A stretch of DNA of 64,000 bases from Escherichia phage vB_EcoP_SU10. The notes under the pieces are model-generated. The model was not told the origin of the DNA, made no database searches, and was given only the letters and a program-made list of their open reading frames with translations. How positions within the stretch are numbered: the first letter of the stretch is position 1; the number at the start of each line of letters is the position of its first letter. The position numbers were made by a program, and so were the translations under genes. The stretch lies in the sequence record NC_027395.1. One strand, given 5' to 3'. Below, in pieces: positions 20,058 through 30,716 of this stretch.

Positions 20058-21089
20058 ATGGCATACGGAATATGGACACAACCAGTAGGGCCGGGGCCAG
20101 CAATCCCCGCTCCCTTATTTATTGATAGCGGAAGCACTTTCCCTCAGTTCAAGAATAGTATAAGAGGGAGTTTTAACTTTAATGGGGCTGGGAGATCTTT
20201 CCCTATTAGTGGATGGGATGGCAGTGGTCAGATAGTTATTGTTCCTACCGGTTCTTTATGCTGGCAATGGGAAGTCCCTCCTAACCTAGTTCCTGATGTT
20301 TATTGTGTGAATAATATCTACGTAGAAAACAGTTCCTCTTTTAGAGTTACTCTGAATCAGAACCCCGGCAGGAACCCCTTATTTGACTGTGGGTTCAACG
20401 TATATCAAATATGGCCTAGAGCGGATAGGAATTACGGAATTACCTTTTCTAATACAGCAGACTACTTCTCGATATCTGATAGTGGGGTCGTCGGTCAATG
20501 TATTTGGGCTTGGCAGGGGACCATAAACAATGCCCTTCAGATACCAAATATCGGTGGGTTCAATATGACCAATGCTGTTGTGTTTGCTAATTGGTCTGAT
20601 GGAGGGATAGGACTATCTTATACCTCTGATGACAGGGTTATTCGTGTTTATCAGAACAGACCTTACATAAACGGCAACACTAACGAGGGTGGTTCTGTGT
20701 TTGCTAGAGTTGCAGTATTCTGCAATGGAGCAGGAGTTCCGGAACATAATGGAGGTTTGAATATTTATTCTCCGGGTACCACGCAATGTGTCTTCTCTAC
20801 TAACAGAACACCTTTCACTGTGGATACTTTTATAGGCTCAGGAGGTGGTAACACTGGAATGACATACCCTATGATACCTCTTACCTCTGGAATAGGTGCG
20901 ATAAAAGGCCGAGGCAGTGGATGGAGATATCAGCAAATGAGATCTCACACCATGAGTGGTTCTACGATAGGAACGGGCTATGGAAGGTATTTATTTCAGT
21001 GGAATCAGAATTACGACCTAGGAGCTGATACTGTAGTTAATTTATCAGTTCCTGTAATAAATGCAGCTAAGGTTTTTGCTGGACTATAA
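20058..21089 (+). CDS. Structural protein (343 aa, Gly-rich)
   Basis: Tightly coupled to upstream gene; no motif recognised. Confidence 0.55.
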   Translation: MAYGIWTQPVGPGPAIPAPLFIDSGSTFPQFKNSIRGSFNFNGAGRSFPISGWDGSGQIVIVPTGSLCWQWEVPPNLVPDVYCVNNIYVENSSSFRVTLNQNPGRNPLFDCGFNVYQIWPRADRNYGITFSNTADYFSISDSGVVGQCIWAWQGTINNALQIPNIGGFNMTNAVVFANWSDGGIGLSYTSDDRVIRVYQNRPYINGNTNEGGSVFARVAVFCNGAGVPEHNGGLNIYSPGTTQCVFSTNRTPFTVDTFIGSGGGNTGMTYPMIPLTSGIGAIKGRGSGWRYQQMRSHTMSGSTIGTGYGRYLFQWNQNYDLGADTVVNLSVPVINAAKVFAGL

Positions 21090-21101
21090 CAAGGAGATAT
21101 T

Positions 21102-21884
21102 ATGGCAATTAATATGGGTATTGAAGAACTAGACCCAATGGTTCAACAGGCTTCAAAGAAGTATGGGATTCCTGCTGCTTTGATTCATGCTGTAATCCAA
21201 AGAGAGTCTAGTGGTCGTCCTACAGTAGCCTCTGGAACTGGTCCTGTAGGTTTAATGCAGATCAGTAAAGGGTTGGCTAAAGACTACGGTTACAAACTAG
21301 AAGACAGACTTGACCCAGCAAAGAATATTGATATGGGTGCTCGTTATATTCGAGATAACTTAAAGGCTTTTAATGGTGATGTTAAGAAAGCAATGGTTGG
21401 TTATTCAGAAGGTATTGGTGGAGCTAAGCAAATGTTCGCTGGTAAAAAGGGATTTACACCTCAAGCCCTTGACTCAATGAACAACAAACACTTTCTTCCT
21501 TTCTATGGTGATGCAGCTTCTCAGATTGCTAACCCTGTTGGAGCTTTGCAAGCTGTTCAACCAGTCAACCAGTTTAGTTCTGACTTACTAGACAGAGAGA
21601 AAGCCGCACAAGCTCCAACTCAGGCAGAGATTGCTGCTTCTAAGACAGGTGCTTTAGGCGGAAATCCAGTAGAGTTTTACTCTGATGAAGTGCAGGAAGG
21701 CGAAAACCAGAAACCTCAACAGAACTTTGGTAATGCAGTATTAGGGGTAGCTGCTATGCTTGCTGGTAAACCTCCCACTTCTCAAACAGTTCAGAGGGCA
21801 AGTGCACCACATGCAGCAGGTTCTCAGTACAGTCCACAAACACAAGCAGTGCTCAGACGTTTGGCTAGCATTGGTGTAAAGTAA
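21102..21884 (+). CDS. Lytic transglycosylase (SLT domain) virion protein
   Basis: 260 aa; ALIHAVIQRESSGRP...GLMQI resembles SLT catalytic region. Confidence 0.8.
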   Translation: MAINMGIEELDPMVQQASKKYGIPAALIHAVIQRESSGRPTVASGTGPVGLMQISKGLAKDYGYKLEDRLDPAKNIDMGARYIRDNLKAFNGDVKKAMVGYSEGIGGAKQMFAGKKGFTPQALDSMNNKHFLPFYGDAASQIANPVGALQAVQPVNQFSSDLLDREKAAQAPTQAEIAASKTGALGGNPVEFYSDEVQEGENQKPQQNFGNAVLGVAAMLAGKPPTSQTVQRASAPHAAGSQYSPQTQAVLRRLASIGVK

Positions 21885-21903
21885 TAATCTTTAAGGAGGA
21901 CTT

Positions 21904-22956
21904 ATGTCTTTATTTGGAAAATCAGCTTCTAGCAAAACCACAGTGGCCCCTTCCTCTCAGGTTGATGCCCTGCTGAAGCAGATTGTTGCTAATGCTCAGA
22001 ATATGCAGAACAACGATCCGGGATTCATCTCCCAACAGCTGGCTGGGTTTAATGGCAACCAACAAGGTGCTCTGAACAACTTAGCAGCTTCTACTACTCA
22101 GAAGAAACTAGATGATATGTATACACCACGTACACAGCAAGGGTTGGACCAATTAAACGCTCTTGCCCAGCAGTATCAGAATATTGTTAATGGTGGTGGA
22201 GTAACAGCTGAAGGGGTTAATAACTTTAGTAAAGGTTTGAATAACTCAGCCCTTGCACAAGCTACTATCAAAGCAGCTTCTAACATCTCTCTTGGCAATG
22301 GTTCTGACTCTGGCTCTCTCCGTAGGGCTGCGGCTCAAGGGGCTGCTTTGAATGGCGCTAACACTAACCTGTCTCGTACTATCAGTGGTAAGAATATGGG
22401 TGTAAGTGCTCTGCAACAAGATCAGAACTTCCAGAGAGGGTTGCTTGGTGCTCAGTCTGGTTTAGCTGGACAGAACCTCAATCTTGGTGCTCAAGGCGTT
22501 CAGGCAACTCAACAAGCTATTCAGAATCAGCTGATGGCTGGTAATCTGCAACAGCAACAAGCTCAAGCTCAAGCTGATATTAATTGGCAGAACGCTATTG
22601 GCTCTCAGCAGTATGGGTGGAATCAGCTTAACAACCAACTTAATGTATTAAATAGTGTAAGCCCAATGGCTGGGTATACAATTAAGAATGCTGCTCCGGG
22701 GGTTAATACTGGACAACAGCTCCTAGGTGCTGGTATCACTGGTTTAGGTATTGCAGGTCGTATGGGTGCTTTCTCTCCTAACCAACAGACTCAGAATGCT
22801 TGGAGTTCCTATAACAACTCAGGTGGGCAATCTGGAATGGCTGGTCCTATGATTGGAGGTTCTAATCTTTCTCAACAGAGAGGTCAGTCTAACTGGTTAT
22901 CCACAGCAGGTAGTAATATCTTAGGTGGTGTCTTAGGGGCATTTGGAGCAAACTAA
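21904..22956 (+). CDS. Q/N/G-rich putative internal virion protein (350 aa)
   Basis: AGGAGGA RBS; low-complexity Q/N-rich; paralogous to next gene. Confidence 0.55.
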   Translation: MSLFGKSASSKTTVAPSSQVDALLKQIVANAQNMQNNDPGFISQQLAGFNGNQQGALNNLAASTTQKKLDDMYTPRTQQGLDQLNALAQQYQNIVNGGGVTAEGVNNFSKGLNNSALAQATIKAASNISLGNGSDSGSLRRAAAQGAALNGANTNLSRTISGKNMGVSALQQDQNFQRGLLGAQSGLAGQNLNLGAQGVQATQQAIQNQLMAGNLQQQQAQAQADINWQNAIGSQQYGWNQLNNQLNVLNSVSPMAGYTIKNAAPGVNTGQQLLGAGITGLGIAGRMGAFSPNQQTQNAWSSYNNSGGQSGMAGPMIGGSNLSQQRGQSNWLSTAGSNILGGVLGAFGAN

Positions 22957-22968
22957 AGGAGATTTGAT

Positions 22969-23937
22969 ATGGGACTTTTCGGAGGCGGGGGTAGTAAAAC
23001 TACTTCCCAAATGATTCGCCCTGAATACATTCAACAGTATATTGACCAGCTTAACCAACAGATTGGTAATACTAGTTCAGGAGATTATGTCTATCGTGAC
23101 AATGTAGGGTTTAATAATAATCAGACAGAGGCACTTAATAACCTAGCACAATCTGGCGCTTTGGGCACTCTCTCACAGCAATACATGGATGCAGCAGGTC
23201 AAGGGTTAGGGTATCTGGATAATGCCTATAAAGGCTATCAGAGCCTTTCTGGACAAGGTGGGATTACTGGAGAACAGATTGGTGCTCTCGCTGGTCAACT
23301 GTATGATGATGACGCTGTGCAAGCAGCCATTACAGCTAATAATGAACAGGTTCAACAGAACTTGGCACGTAATGCTCTTCCTCAGTTAGCTCAACAGTTT
23401 GCTGGTCAACAAGGTTCAGGTGCTCGTATGGCTAAGTCTTTTGCCCAAGGCGATGCTCTGAATCAGATGCAGGGCCAAGCAACAGATATCACCAATAGTG
23501 CCTATAACTCGGCTATTAGCCAAGCTGAAAGCATCCTCTCTGGTAATAGACAGAATCAGGCAGCTGCTCTCTCTGGTCTTTCTAATATTGGTTCTAACCT
23601 TTCTAACCTAGGTCAGCAGGGTGCTAATTTGTCTCAACAGCAAATAATGAATCAATGGAATGCAGGGTTGCAGCAACAACAGCAACAACAGAATGAATAT
23701 GATAATGCCTACCAGAATGCTCAGAACGCAGCTAATTGGGGATGGCAAGATATCAATAACCAACTCGGTGCAGCAGGTGTACTTAACGGTGCTCTCGGAC
23801 AAACTACAACTACTAAAACATCTGGTGGCAAAGGTGGTTTCCTTGGTGGAGCTATGAGTGGTGCAGCAGCTGGCTCTTCCTTTGGACCTTGGGGTGCATT
23901 AGCTGGGGGTGTAATCGGTGGGTTGGCTAGTACTTAA
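22969..23937 (+). CDS. Q/N/G-rich putative internal virion protein (322 aa), paralog of preceding gene
   Basis: Shares FNxNQ..ALNNLA.S segment with 21904-22956. Confidence 0.55.
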   Translation: MGLFGGGGSKTTSQMIRPEYIQQYIDQLNQQIGNTSSGDYVYRDNVGFNNNQTEALNNLAQSGALGTLSQQYMDAAGQGLGYLDNAYKGYQSLSGQGGITGEQIGALAGQLYDDDAVQAAITANNEQVQQNLARNALPQLAQQFAGQQGSGARMAKSFAQGDALNQMQGQATDITNSAYNSAISQAESILSGNRQNQAAALSGLSNIGSNLSNLGQQGANLSQQQIMNQWNAGLQQQQQQQNEYDNAYQNAQNAANWGWQDINNQLGAAGVLNGALGQTTTTKTSGGKGGFLGGAMSGAAAGSSFGPWGALAGGVIGGLAST

Positions 23938-23950
23938 TTAGGAGATAAAT

Positions 23951-25606
23951 ATGCAACAGACAACTTACGCTCAGGTCAGAAGTCGTGACCCGAGAAATAC
24001 TTTCTATGGTGTTAATCCGGGAGCGGCTTCGGCCTCTCCTTATATGGCTAGACCAACTCAGACAGCAGATATTTCTATGTATCAACGTCCTGCTGTACCT
24101 TCATCTCTTGCGGGTCTTGTCTCTCAGGCAGAAGAAGATCAGAATGCTATGATTAATCCGGGATTCCAGCAACGTCTTATGGAACAGCAGAATCAAGGAA
24201 CTCCTACCAGTCTTCAGGGTATTGATATTGGAGCACCGGCCCCTGTATCAGCTAATCCTAACCTATCCACTGATCAAGGTTTACAGGATGCTGGGCTTAT
24301 GCCTAGTGACCCTCTTCCGGTAACACCTCCTCCTAAACCACTAGAAGCTGGTCCTATGGAGTTTACTCCTTCTCAGGTGGAACAGGCACAAGGTGTGATT
24401 AATACTCTTGCTCAAGGACAAGACGCTGGTGATGGAATGACTGCTGCTACTCGTGCTAAAGATCAGGAACGCGTCAACAACGATATCTTGCAAGTTGCGA
24501 AAGCTAAAGACCCTTCGGAAGCTTGGAACAAACTACAGAAAGAACCATTCTATCAGAACTCTAGTTTCTACACAGGTTTGATGGGTGTAGGTCTTTCCAT
24601 TATGTCAGGTAAGTCTCCTATTGAAGCTTTCCAGATTGGTCAGGGAATGGCTAATCAAGATGAGACTAAGAAGCAACTGGAAGCTAACCGTGATGCTCTG
24701 ATTGAACAAGGCTTCTCTCAAGACTCGATCGCAGCTGCTATTGCTAACGGAGACCCATCTCTTCTGAAGATGAAAGCTGTAGACCCTGCTCAGAAAGAAG
24801 CTCTGTATGCTGCTCGTGAAGAACGTCAGAATGCTGAATGGGATAGACGTCAACAGATTCAAGAGCAGGCTATGCGTGAACGTGCCGAGGAAACTCGTCG
24901 TGCTGCTGAAAAAAGAACTGATATGAACTTTGAACGTCAGAAAGAGTTGATTGGCTATCGTGATAAAATTAAGGCTGAACGTGCTGAACAAGTTGCTCAA
25001 AGTTTCAACTTCCCCACGAAAGAAATTCGTAACGCTCAGAATACAGCTGAAGGTACTATCGCTAAGCAGTGGGCAGAGAAAGGTGGCCTGTTTAATCAGT
25101 CTAATAAAGACTTGGACTTGGCTGATAAAGCTGTTAAGGACAAAGACTATCAGACGGCCCGTTCTGCTTACATGCAGGCTATCATGAACTCCGCAAGGGC
25201 TGAAATTGGTTCTACTCGTTCTCTCACTGAAGAAGATTTGGGGCATTTTGCAGAAGACCCATCAATCATTATCCGTGTAGGTAACAAGTTTGCTCTGAAG
25301 TCTGGATGGCGTCCTACTGATGCTGCTCTTGCTTATGCTCGTAAACAGGCTAACGTCGGTCACACCTCTGCTATGAAAGGTGTTGCTGATGCTAAGAGAG
25401 ATACTATCAACGCTTATATTGGTTCTGGTATGGATAAGAAGAGAGCTACTGCATTGGTTAACCGTGCAATTCCTTCTGGTGGTTTCTATGACCCTCTTGG
25501 TGCTTTCTCTGAAGAAGCAGAGGAGGCAGTTGGTGGTGCAGCAACTAATCCTAAACTGAACGGTGCTTTATCGGCTGTCGAAGACACTAGCTGGTTCACG
25601 CAATAA
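23951..25606 (+). CDS. Hypothetical virion protein (551 aa)
   Basis: Within structural module; charged helical C-terminal half. Confidence 0.55.
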   Translation: MQQTTYAQVRSRDPRNTFYGVNPGAASASPYMARPTQTADISMYQRPAVPSSLAGLVSQAEEDQNAMINPGFQQRLMEQQNQGTPTSLQGIDIGAPAPVSANPNLSTDQGLQDAGLMPSDPLPVTPPPKPLEAGPMEFTPSQVEQAQGVINTLAQGQDAGDGMTAATRAKDQERVNNDILQVAKAKDPSEAWNKLQKEPFYQNSSFYTGLMGVGLSIMSGKSPIEAFQIGQGMANQDETKKQLEANRDALIEQGFSQDSIAAAIANGDPSLLKMKAVDPAQKEALYAAREERQNAEWDRRQQIQEQAMRERAEETRRAAEKRTDMNFERQKELIGYRDKIKAERAEQVAQSFNFPTKEIRNAQNTAEGTIAKQWAEKGGLFNQSNKDLDLADKAVKDKDYQTARSAYMQAIMNSARAEIGSTRSLTEEDLGHFAEDPSIIIRVGNKFALKSGWRPTDAALAYARKQANVGHTSAMKGVADAKRDTINAYIGSGMDKKRATALVNRAIPSGGFYDPLGAFSEEAEEAVGGAATNPKLNGALSAVEDTSWFTQ

Positions 25607-25626
25607 GACCTAAGTCCTGCCTTCTA

Positions 25627-25635
25627 TAATGTATA
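25627..25635 (+). promoter_or_regulatory. TAATGTATA promoter-like element
   Basis: Exact 9-mer 38 nt upstream of ATG 25674. Confidence 0.5.
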
Positions 25636-25673
25636 TAGGGGGTAGGACATTTTTATTTATAAAAGGAGACGTT

Positions 25674-28600
25674 ATGGCTAACATTAAACCGTGGGAAGAA
25701 GCTTCCAAAGCTCCTGCGTATCTGAATGCCTCTCCGGAGCAACAAGCTCAAATGAGAGAACAATATAAGGCAGCAGGTGGCTCTATTCCTGAGGAACAAC
25801 CAGTAGCACAACCACAACAAGAAGAACGTGGTGCTATAGGCGAGTTTGCTCAAGGTGTGTCAAATGCTCTTCAATCTGGTGGTGCAAATATTGCAGCTAG
25901 TGCTGCTAAAGGTATTGGTGGTTTAGTTGAGATTGGTGAGAATCTAGCTGGAGCACAGACTAGTTATGGTAAGCGTATCCAAGAGAACTCTCAGAACCTT
26001 CTGAAAGAACGTATGGATAAGATTGAGGATGGGATTGGCAAAACTGTTGGTCAGTATGCTGGCGTTGCTGGTGATATTGGTATGACTGTTGCTAACCCAT
26101 TGGCTGCTGCTGCTATCATCGCAGGTCGTGAGACGGGTCGTGCATATGCAGACCAAACCCCTGAAGAGGGAGAAGATAAGTCTATTCTAGATGCAGCCTT
26201 AGTTGGTGGTGCTAACTATGCGGCCCAGAGAATCCTTCCGGGTGCTGTCGGCACAGCTGAGTCCACACTTGGACGTATTGGTCAGAACGTTGCCAGTAAC
26301 GCAGTGGCTGGTGCTAAAGGTGGTGCTCTTGTTGGTGCTGCTGAAGTTCAGAACAAGTATGGGGATGACAATGATCTAGCTAAGACATTGGAAGGTGTTA
26401 TCGAAGAGGGGGCTATGGGTGCTGCATTTGGTGGTGCAGTTGGTGGGGTTCATGGTTTGATTAGCCGTCCGGATTCTGTTGTTTTCAAGAATACTCCAGA
26501 GTATGCGAAGACTGATATTGCTGCTGATGACGAACTGATTCGTAGTGCTAAGAATGTTGATGAACTGAAAGAGGCTTACTCTAAAGCTGAAACTGCTAAC
26601 GCTGCTTCTGCTCTGAACCTCCTCGATGAGAATGGGTTCCGTATTACAGATGCTGTTGCTGTAGATTCTCCTGCTGCTCAGCGTATTCTTAACACTGACC
26701 AAGCTCGTGCTGAGAAAGCTGCTTCTGTTCAGAAAGAACACTCCAACATTCCGGGCCTTAATCCTTTAGCTTCTCCTGCTAAGACTCGTGGTAAAGCTTT
26801 CGCTGATAACGAGCACAACCAGAAACAGGCTGTTGCTATGAAGGATGCGATGGCTGACTATACCAAGGATAACACTAAAGCTCTTACAGATGTTTTAGAT
26901 AACCTAGACCGTGAATTAACCTCTCTCCGAGCTTCTGGTGATTTTACTGGTAGTCCGATTGATATTAAGAATCGCACACAAGCTGACCGTGACTTCATTG
27001 ATGCTTACAAGACTTTCTACAATGAAGCAAATCGATTCAAAGCTCGTGAAGGTGAAGACTTCAATAACTTTGTAGAGAAAGCTGCTGAACTACAGAAGAT
27101 GGCTGATAATGTTTCTCCAGAGATGAAGAAAGCTATTGGCGGGTTGAAGAAACTGAAGGGTATGCCTGAAGGTTTTAATCCTATCCAAGATGCTTACACT
27201 CTGAACAATACAGCTAAATTTATGAGTAACCAAGATCGCGGTTGGACTTCCCTGACTGATGATGGTTTCCGTGAAGCTTCTTCTCCTAGCCTGGTAATGA
27301 ACACTCTCGGTGCTGCTAAGTATGCTCTGAATCGCTTCTCTTCTCAGCGTGCTCGTTCTCAACGTGTTAAGCAACAAGAGTCTAACAGTGAAGCTATCCG
27401 CTCTCTGGCTCGTGGTGATTTGGAAGTTGCTCGTGCTAAATCTACTGCTAATGAAGCTCGTGCTAAGATGGAAGAAGAACCAGCTGTTGATGACATTAAA
27501 TTTAAGACGCAAAATGATGTAGAAACCGAACCGGTTCGGGAGCCTTCTTCTAGTACTGTGACGGAAGAAAATCTTCCTTCTTCTGCTCCTCAAGAAACCC
27601 CTCTTACAGCTCGTGATTTAGTTGCGCAAAGACGTGCTATCCGTCAGGCTGAACAGCGTCGCGCTGAAGAAGAGGCAGCTGCTGCTCAAGAAGTTCCGGT
27701 TGAACAAGCTCCACAGGCTGAACCTCTCCCTGCTCGTAATCCTTTAGAGGAACGTCGTGCAATGGAACAGCAACGTGCTCAAGAAGAGGCCTCACAAGCT
27801 CCAGAACCAACCGTAGAGGAACCAACGGTCAAAGCTGAGCCATTACCTGCCCGTGCTCCTAAAGCTCCTAAGGAAGCTGTACAGGACGTTAAACCGGCAA
27901 GTGGTGTAGAACGTTTAGCTGCTATGTCTAGTGCTGCTCGTCAGGCTACTAAAGATCGTGCAGAACGCTTTGCTCGTTCTCTGTATTCTAAGGCTGCTAA
28001 GGCTAAAGCTACTGCTGAAAACTTCTTGGCTTATAAGGGCGATCCTAAGGAATTGATGCGTCGTATTCGTCAGGAAGATAATGCTATCAACACTGAACGT
28101 CATGAAGAAATGGCTCGTAACCAGCTGGCTTCTCAGCAAGGTATTGCTACTGCTAAGAACAACACTGTACGAACTAGTTTTGCTGAATGGGTTAAGGAAC
28201 GTGGTCTGCCAGAAGACATTGCTACTAAGGCATTACGTGCTGAAGAGAAAGGTTTAGGTGGGAACGTAACTAACTTGGATAGTCTGAAACGTCGTGCTGA
28301 AAGGTTGTATCAGAAGCAGCGTGAGGATGAGTTTGATAGATTATATCAACAAGCTCTAGAAGAGAACAAAGCTTTCGATAAGAAGGATGCTCCTAAACTG
28401 GTTGACCAGAAGAAAGAGCTTCAGTCTGAGATTGATGCTTTGATTGATTCAGAACCTTTACGTCCTGCTCAGAAAGATGCTATGCGTAAGCTGATGAATG
28501 ATTTTGTAGATGGGAAGTTTAAATCTTCAGAGAAGGCTGGTAGGGAAGAGGCTTTGGAAGTTGGTCAGATGAAGGATATTTGGGATGGGTTTATTAACAC

Positions 28601-30095
28601 CTATAACAGAGAAGTAAATGCCTTCAACAAAGCTAACAAGAACTCTCAGTACGAAGCTGCTGCTAAGCATTTACAGGCTCGTGAAGAACGTCTTGCTACC
28701 CTCAGGAAAAAGGCTCAGGCTCGTTCGGATGCTAAGGCTGCTGTTGAGAATGAACGTAAAACTCTAGAGGCTATTGCAGCTCAGAAGAGTGAGATTGAGA
28801 AGATGATGGAAGGTTTACCTAAACCTGTTCGTGAGGCTCAGGAATCTCGTACTCTGAAACAGTTGGCTGCTCACCACGATAAGAACTCTCCAGTTCCTCC
28901 AGAGAAGTTCCGTAGTTATATTGAACGTATCCACAATGCCGAGTCAGATTACCTTGATCGTCAGCGTCGTTTAACTGATGCAGAGGAAGATGCTCGTCAG
29001 GCTAAGTGGAACAAGATGTATGAGCAAGCGGAAGAGATGAACCGTAAGTTTGATGTGGACAAGAGAGTTAAGCGCAGTGAAGAGCTTAAAGCGGCCCAAG
29101 AGCGTGAGAATGATCTTATGGCAGTACAACGTCAACGTGATGACATTCATCGCCGCCTGATGCGTACTATGGAAGATAAGGGCATATCTAGAGAGGATGC
29201 TGAAGCGTTTGCCGGCTCCTATATGGATAACCGTTATGCACTTCTTGAGAAACCTATGACTCCGACTGAACATCAGAATGCTCGTTCTCGTATCGAAGCT
29301 GATGTTGAGAAATTCGCTAAGAAGTATGAATCAATGACTCCTATTGAGAAAGAGATTGTTAAGGTTACTGGAGATACTGAAGGTAAGCTTGATAACTTGG
29401 ATGCGGATACTAGGAAGGCTATTGAGGAGGCTCAGAAGGTTGACTCTGATATTAAGAAACTGCAAGAGGAAGAATTGGAGATGGAGAAGATTCGTTCTGC
29501 TCTGCCTGATGATGAAAAATCTCAAGCAAATTCTGATATCTTGGAAAGCATTAAACAACAGGAAGAGGTCTTTGCTGATAAAGTAGAGAAAGCTTTCTTG
29601 AGTGGGAAAAGCTTGGATGAGTTGGCTAGTGTGGCTGAAGTTTTAGACAGGGTTCATGGTGCAGATAAGGCTGGTAACAACCGTCGCTTTGTACGTGCAT
29701 TGCAGACTGCTGCTGAAAACAAGAAGAAGTATGGTGATAATCCAGTAGCTTGGTTTAGTGCTGATGATTACTCTGCCATTGCTAAACTTGGTGCTTCTTC
29801 CGCAGGTGGTAACAAATCCAGAGCACTGGAGAAGATCTTTGGTTCTACAGCTGAACAGGCTAAGAGTAAGTTGCTTGGTAGGGATGATGTAGCGAAGATG
29901 AGACGTGTGATTGAAGAGAACCCTGATATTAAGATTCCTTCTTACAAGACAACGAATCGTACTGAGTACTTGCAATTCTTGGAGAAGTTTAATGACGAAG
30001 GGAAGCCGAAGATTAAACGTGGCTCATTGTCAGAGAAGCTTGAACGAAGTAAGCGTCAATCGAGACTCCGTGTAAGAGTTCGACCTAAGGAGTGA
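25674..30095 (+). CDS. Very large virion protein (1473 aa), candidate internal/ejection protein
   Basis: AAGGAG RBS before ATG 25674; A/E/K/R-rich with long helical segments; last gene of + module. Confidence 0.6.
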   Translation: MANIKPWEEASKAPAYLNASPEQQAQMREQYKAAGGSIPEEQPVAQPQQEERGAIGEFAQGVSNALQSGGANIAASAAKGIGGLVEIGENLAGAQTSYGKRIQENSQNLLKERMDKIEDGIGKTVGQYAGVAGDIGMTVANPLAAAAIIAGRETGRAYADQTPEEGEDKSILDAALVGGANYAAQRILPGAVGTAESTLGRIGQNVASNAVAGAKGGALVGAAEVQNKYGDDNDLAKTLEGVIEEGAMGAAFGGAVGGVHGLISRPDSVVFKNTPEYAKTDIAADDELIRSAKNVDELKEAYSKAETANAASALNLLDENGFRITDAVAVDSPAAQRILNTDQARAEKAASVQKEHSNIPGLNPLASPAKTRGKAFADNEHNQKQAVAMKDAMADYTKDNTKALTDVLDNLDRELTSLRASGDFTGSPIDIKNRTQADRDFIDAYKTFYNEANRFKAREGEDFNNFVEKAAELQKMADNVSPEMKKAIGGLKKLKGMPEGFNPIQDAYTLNNTAKFMSNQDRGWTSLTDDGFREASSPSLVMNTLGAAKYALNRFSSQRARSQRVKQQESNSEAIRSLARGDLEVARAKSTANEARAKMEEEPAVDDIKFKTQNDVETEPVREPSSSTVTEENLPSSAPQETPLTARDLVAQRRAIRQAEQRRAEEEAAAAQEVPVEQAPQAEPLPARNPLEERRAMEQQRAQEEASQAPEPTVEEPTVKAEPLPARAPKAPKEAVQDVKPASGVERLAAMSSAARQATKDRAERFARSLYSKAAKAKATAENFLAYKGDPKELMRRIRQEDNAINTERHEEMARNQLASQQGIATAKNNTVRTSFAEWVKERGLPEDIATKALRAEEKGLGGNVTNLDSLKRRAERLYQKQREDEFDRLYQQALEENKAFDKKDAPKLVDQKKELQSEIDALIDSEPLRPAQKDAMRKLMNDFVDGKFKSSEKAGREEALEVGQMKDIWDGFINTYNREVNAFNKANKNSQYEAAAKHLQAREERLATLRKKAQARSDAKAAVENERKTLEAIAAQKSEIEKMMEGLPKPVREAQESRTLKQLAAHHDKNSPVPPEKFRSYIERIHNAESDYLDRQRRLTDAEEDARQAKWNKMYEQAEEMNRKFDVDKRVKRSEELKAAQERENDLMAVQRQRDDIHRRLMRTMEDKGISREDAEAFAGSYMDNRYALLEKPMTPTEHQNARSRIEADVEKFAKKYESMTPIEKEIVKVTGDTEGKLDNLDADTRKAIEEAQKVDSDIKKLQEEELEMEKIRSALPDDEKSQANSDILESIKQQEEVFADKVEKAFLSGKSLDELASVAEVLDRVHGADKAGNNRRFVRALQTAAENKKKYGDNPVAWFSADDYSAIAKLGASSAGGNKSRALEKIFGSTAEQAKSKLLGRDDVAKMRRVIEENPDIKIPSYKTTNRTEYLQFLEKFNDEGKPKIKRGSLSEKLERSKRQSRLRVRVRPKE

Positions 30096-30103
30096 TAAAA
30101 GAA

Positions 30104-30142
30104 AAGCCCTCGAGGAGAAATCCAAGAGGGCTTTATTTGTTT
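30104..30142. terminator. Bidirectional Rho-independent terminator between convergent modules
   Basis: AAGCCCTC...GAGGGCTT hairpin flanked by T-runs on both strands. Confidence 0.65.
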
Positions 30143-30187
30143 CTAAGTTTTAAAAACCATCAAATTCGTCATACATCCCAATTTTCT

Positions 30188-30280
30188 TCAGAAGTCTGGA
30201 TGTTCATCTTCAAAACATCCTGAGATGCCTCCGTAGAACCAATCTGATTTACTGCCAAGAATAACAACTTCTTCATTCAT
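30188..30280 (-). CDS. Small ORF (30 aa)
   Basis: AGGAG RBS 5 nt upstream of ATG; below track threshold. Confidence 0.3.
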   Translation of the reverse strand: MNEEVVILGSKSDWFYGGISGCFEDEHPDF

Positions 30281-30288
30281 ATAATCTC

Positions 30289-30450
30289 CTAGATTGTGTT
30301 TATAAAATTAATAAGTTTCTCTTCACTTTCATCAAAAGCTTTTCCAGCTGCTTCCATCTCCCAAGTATTGGCATTGTCAATAAAGCTCTGAGCTTCTAAT
30401 AGATCGTGGATTAAGTCGAAGAGTTTATTTTTATCTGTTTGTGTGATCAT
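30289..30450 (-). CDS. Small ORF (53 aa)
   Basis: AGGAA RBS; acidic helical peptide. Confidence 0.3.
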   Translation of the reverse strand: MITQTDKNKLFDLIHDLLEAQSFIDNANTWEMEAAGKAFDESEEKLINFINTI

Positions 30451-30458
30451 ATCAGTTC

Positions 30459-30716
30459 CTAGATTAAATCGTAATACTGAATAATGTCAGAGAGTTTGAA
30501 CTCTCGAATCTCATCTTTCTCTATATCTATCGCTGTCATAATCCAACAAGGTTTGCCACCGTTATGAAAACGGGAGCTAGCAACGGAGGTTCGGAGTGGA
30601 ATAACGGACCGGTCAGCAATCTCGCCTCTCCAATTGCGATAGCGAAAGCGAAGCACTTGTTGCGTAGATTTTTGATCATCACTCATTTCCTTTTTTGAAT
30701 TGTTTTCTTGCATCAT
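30459..30716 (-). CDS. Small WYL-like domain protein (start uncertain)
   Basis: LRFRYRNWRGEIADRSVIP...CWIMTAIDIEKDEIREFKLSDI resembles WYL-domain pattern; longer track ORF overlaps HNH gene. Confidence 0.4.
   Translation of the reverse strand: MMQENNSKKEMSDDQKSTQQVLRFRYRNWRGEIADRSVIPLRTSVASSRFHNGGKPCWIMTAIDIEKDEIREFKLSDIIQYYDLI

Noticed and set aside
24605-25246. 213-aa minus-strand ORF (and similar 27090-27593, 26376-26741) inside + strand structural genes
   Set aside because: Low-complexity antisense ORFs inside long + strand genes; the region is otherwise strictly + strand coding.
25629-25673. N-terminal extension MYIGGRTFLFIKGDV of the large virion protein
   Set aside because: The extension overlaps the TAATGTATA element and lacks an RBS; ATG 25674 has an AAGGAG RBS.
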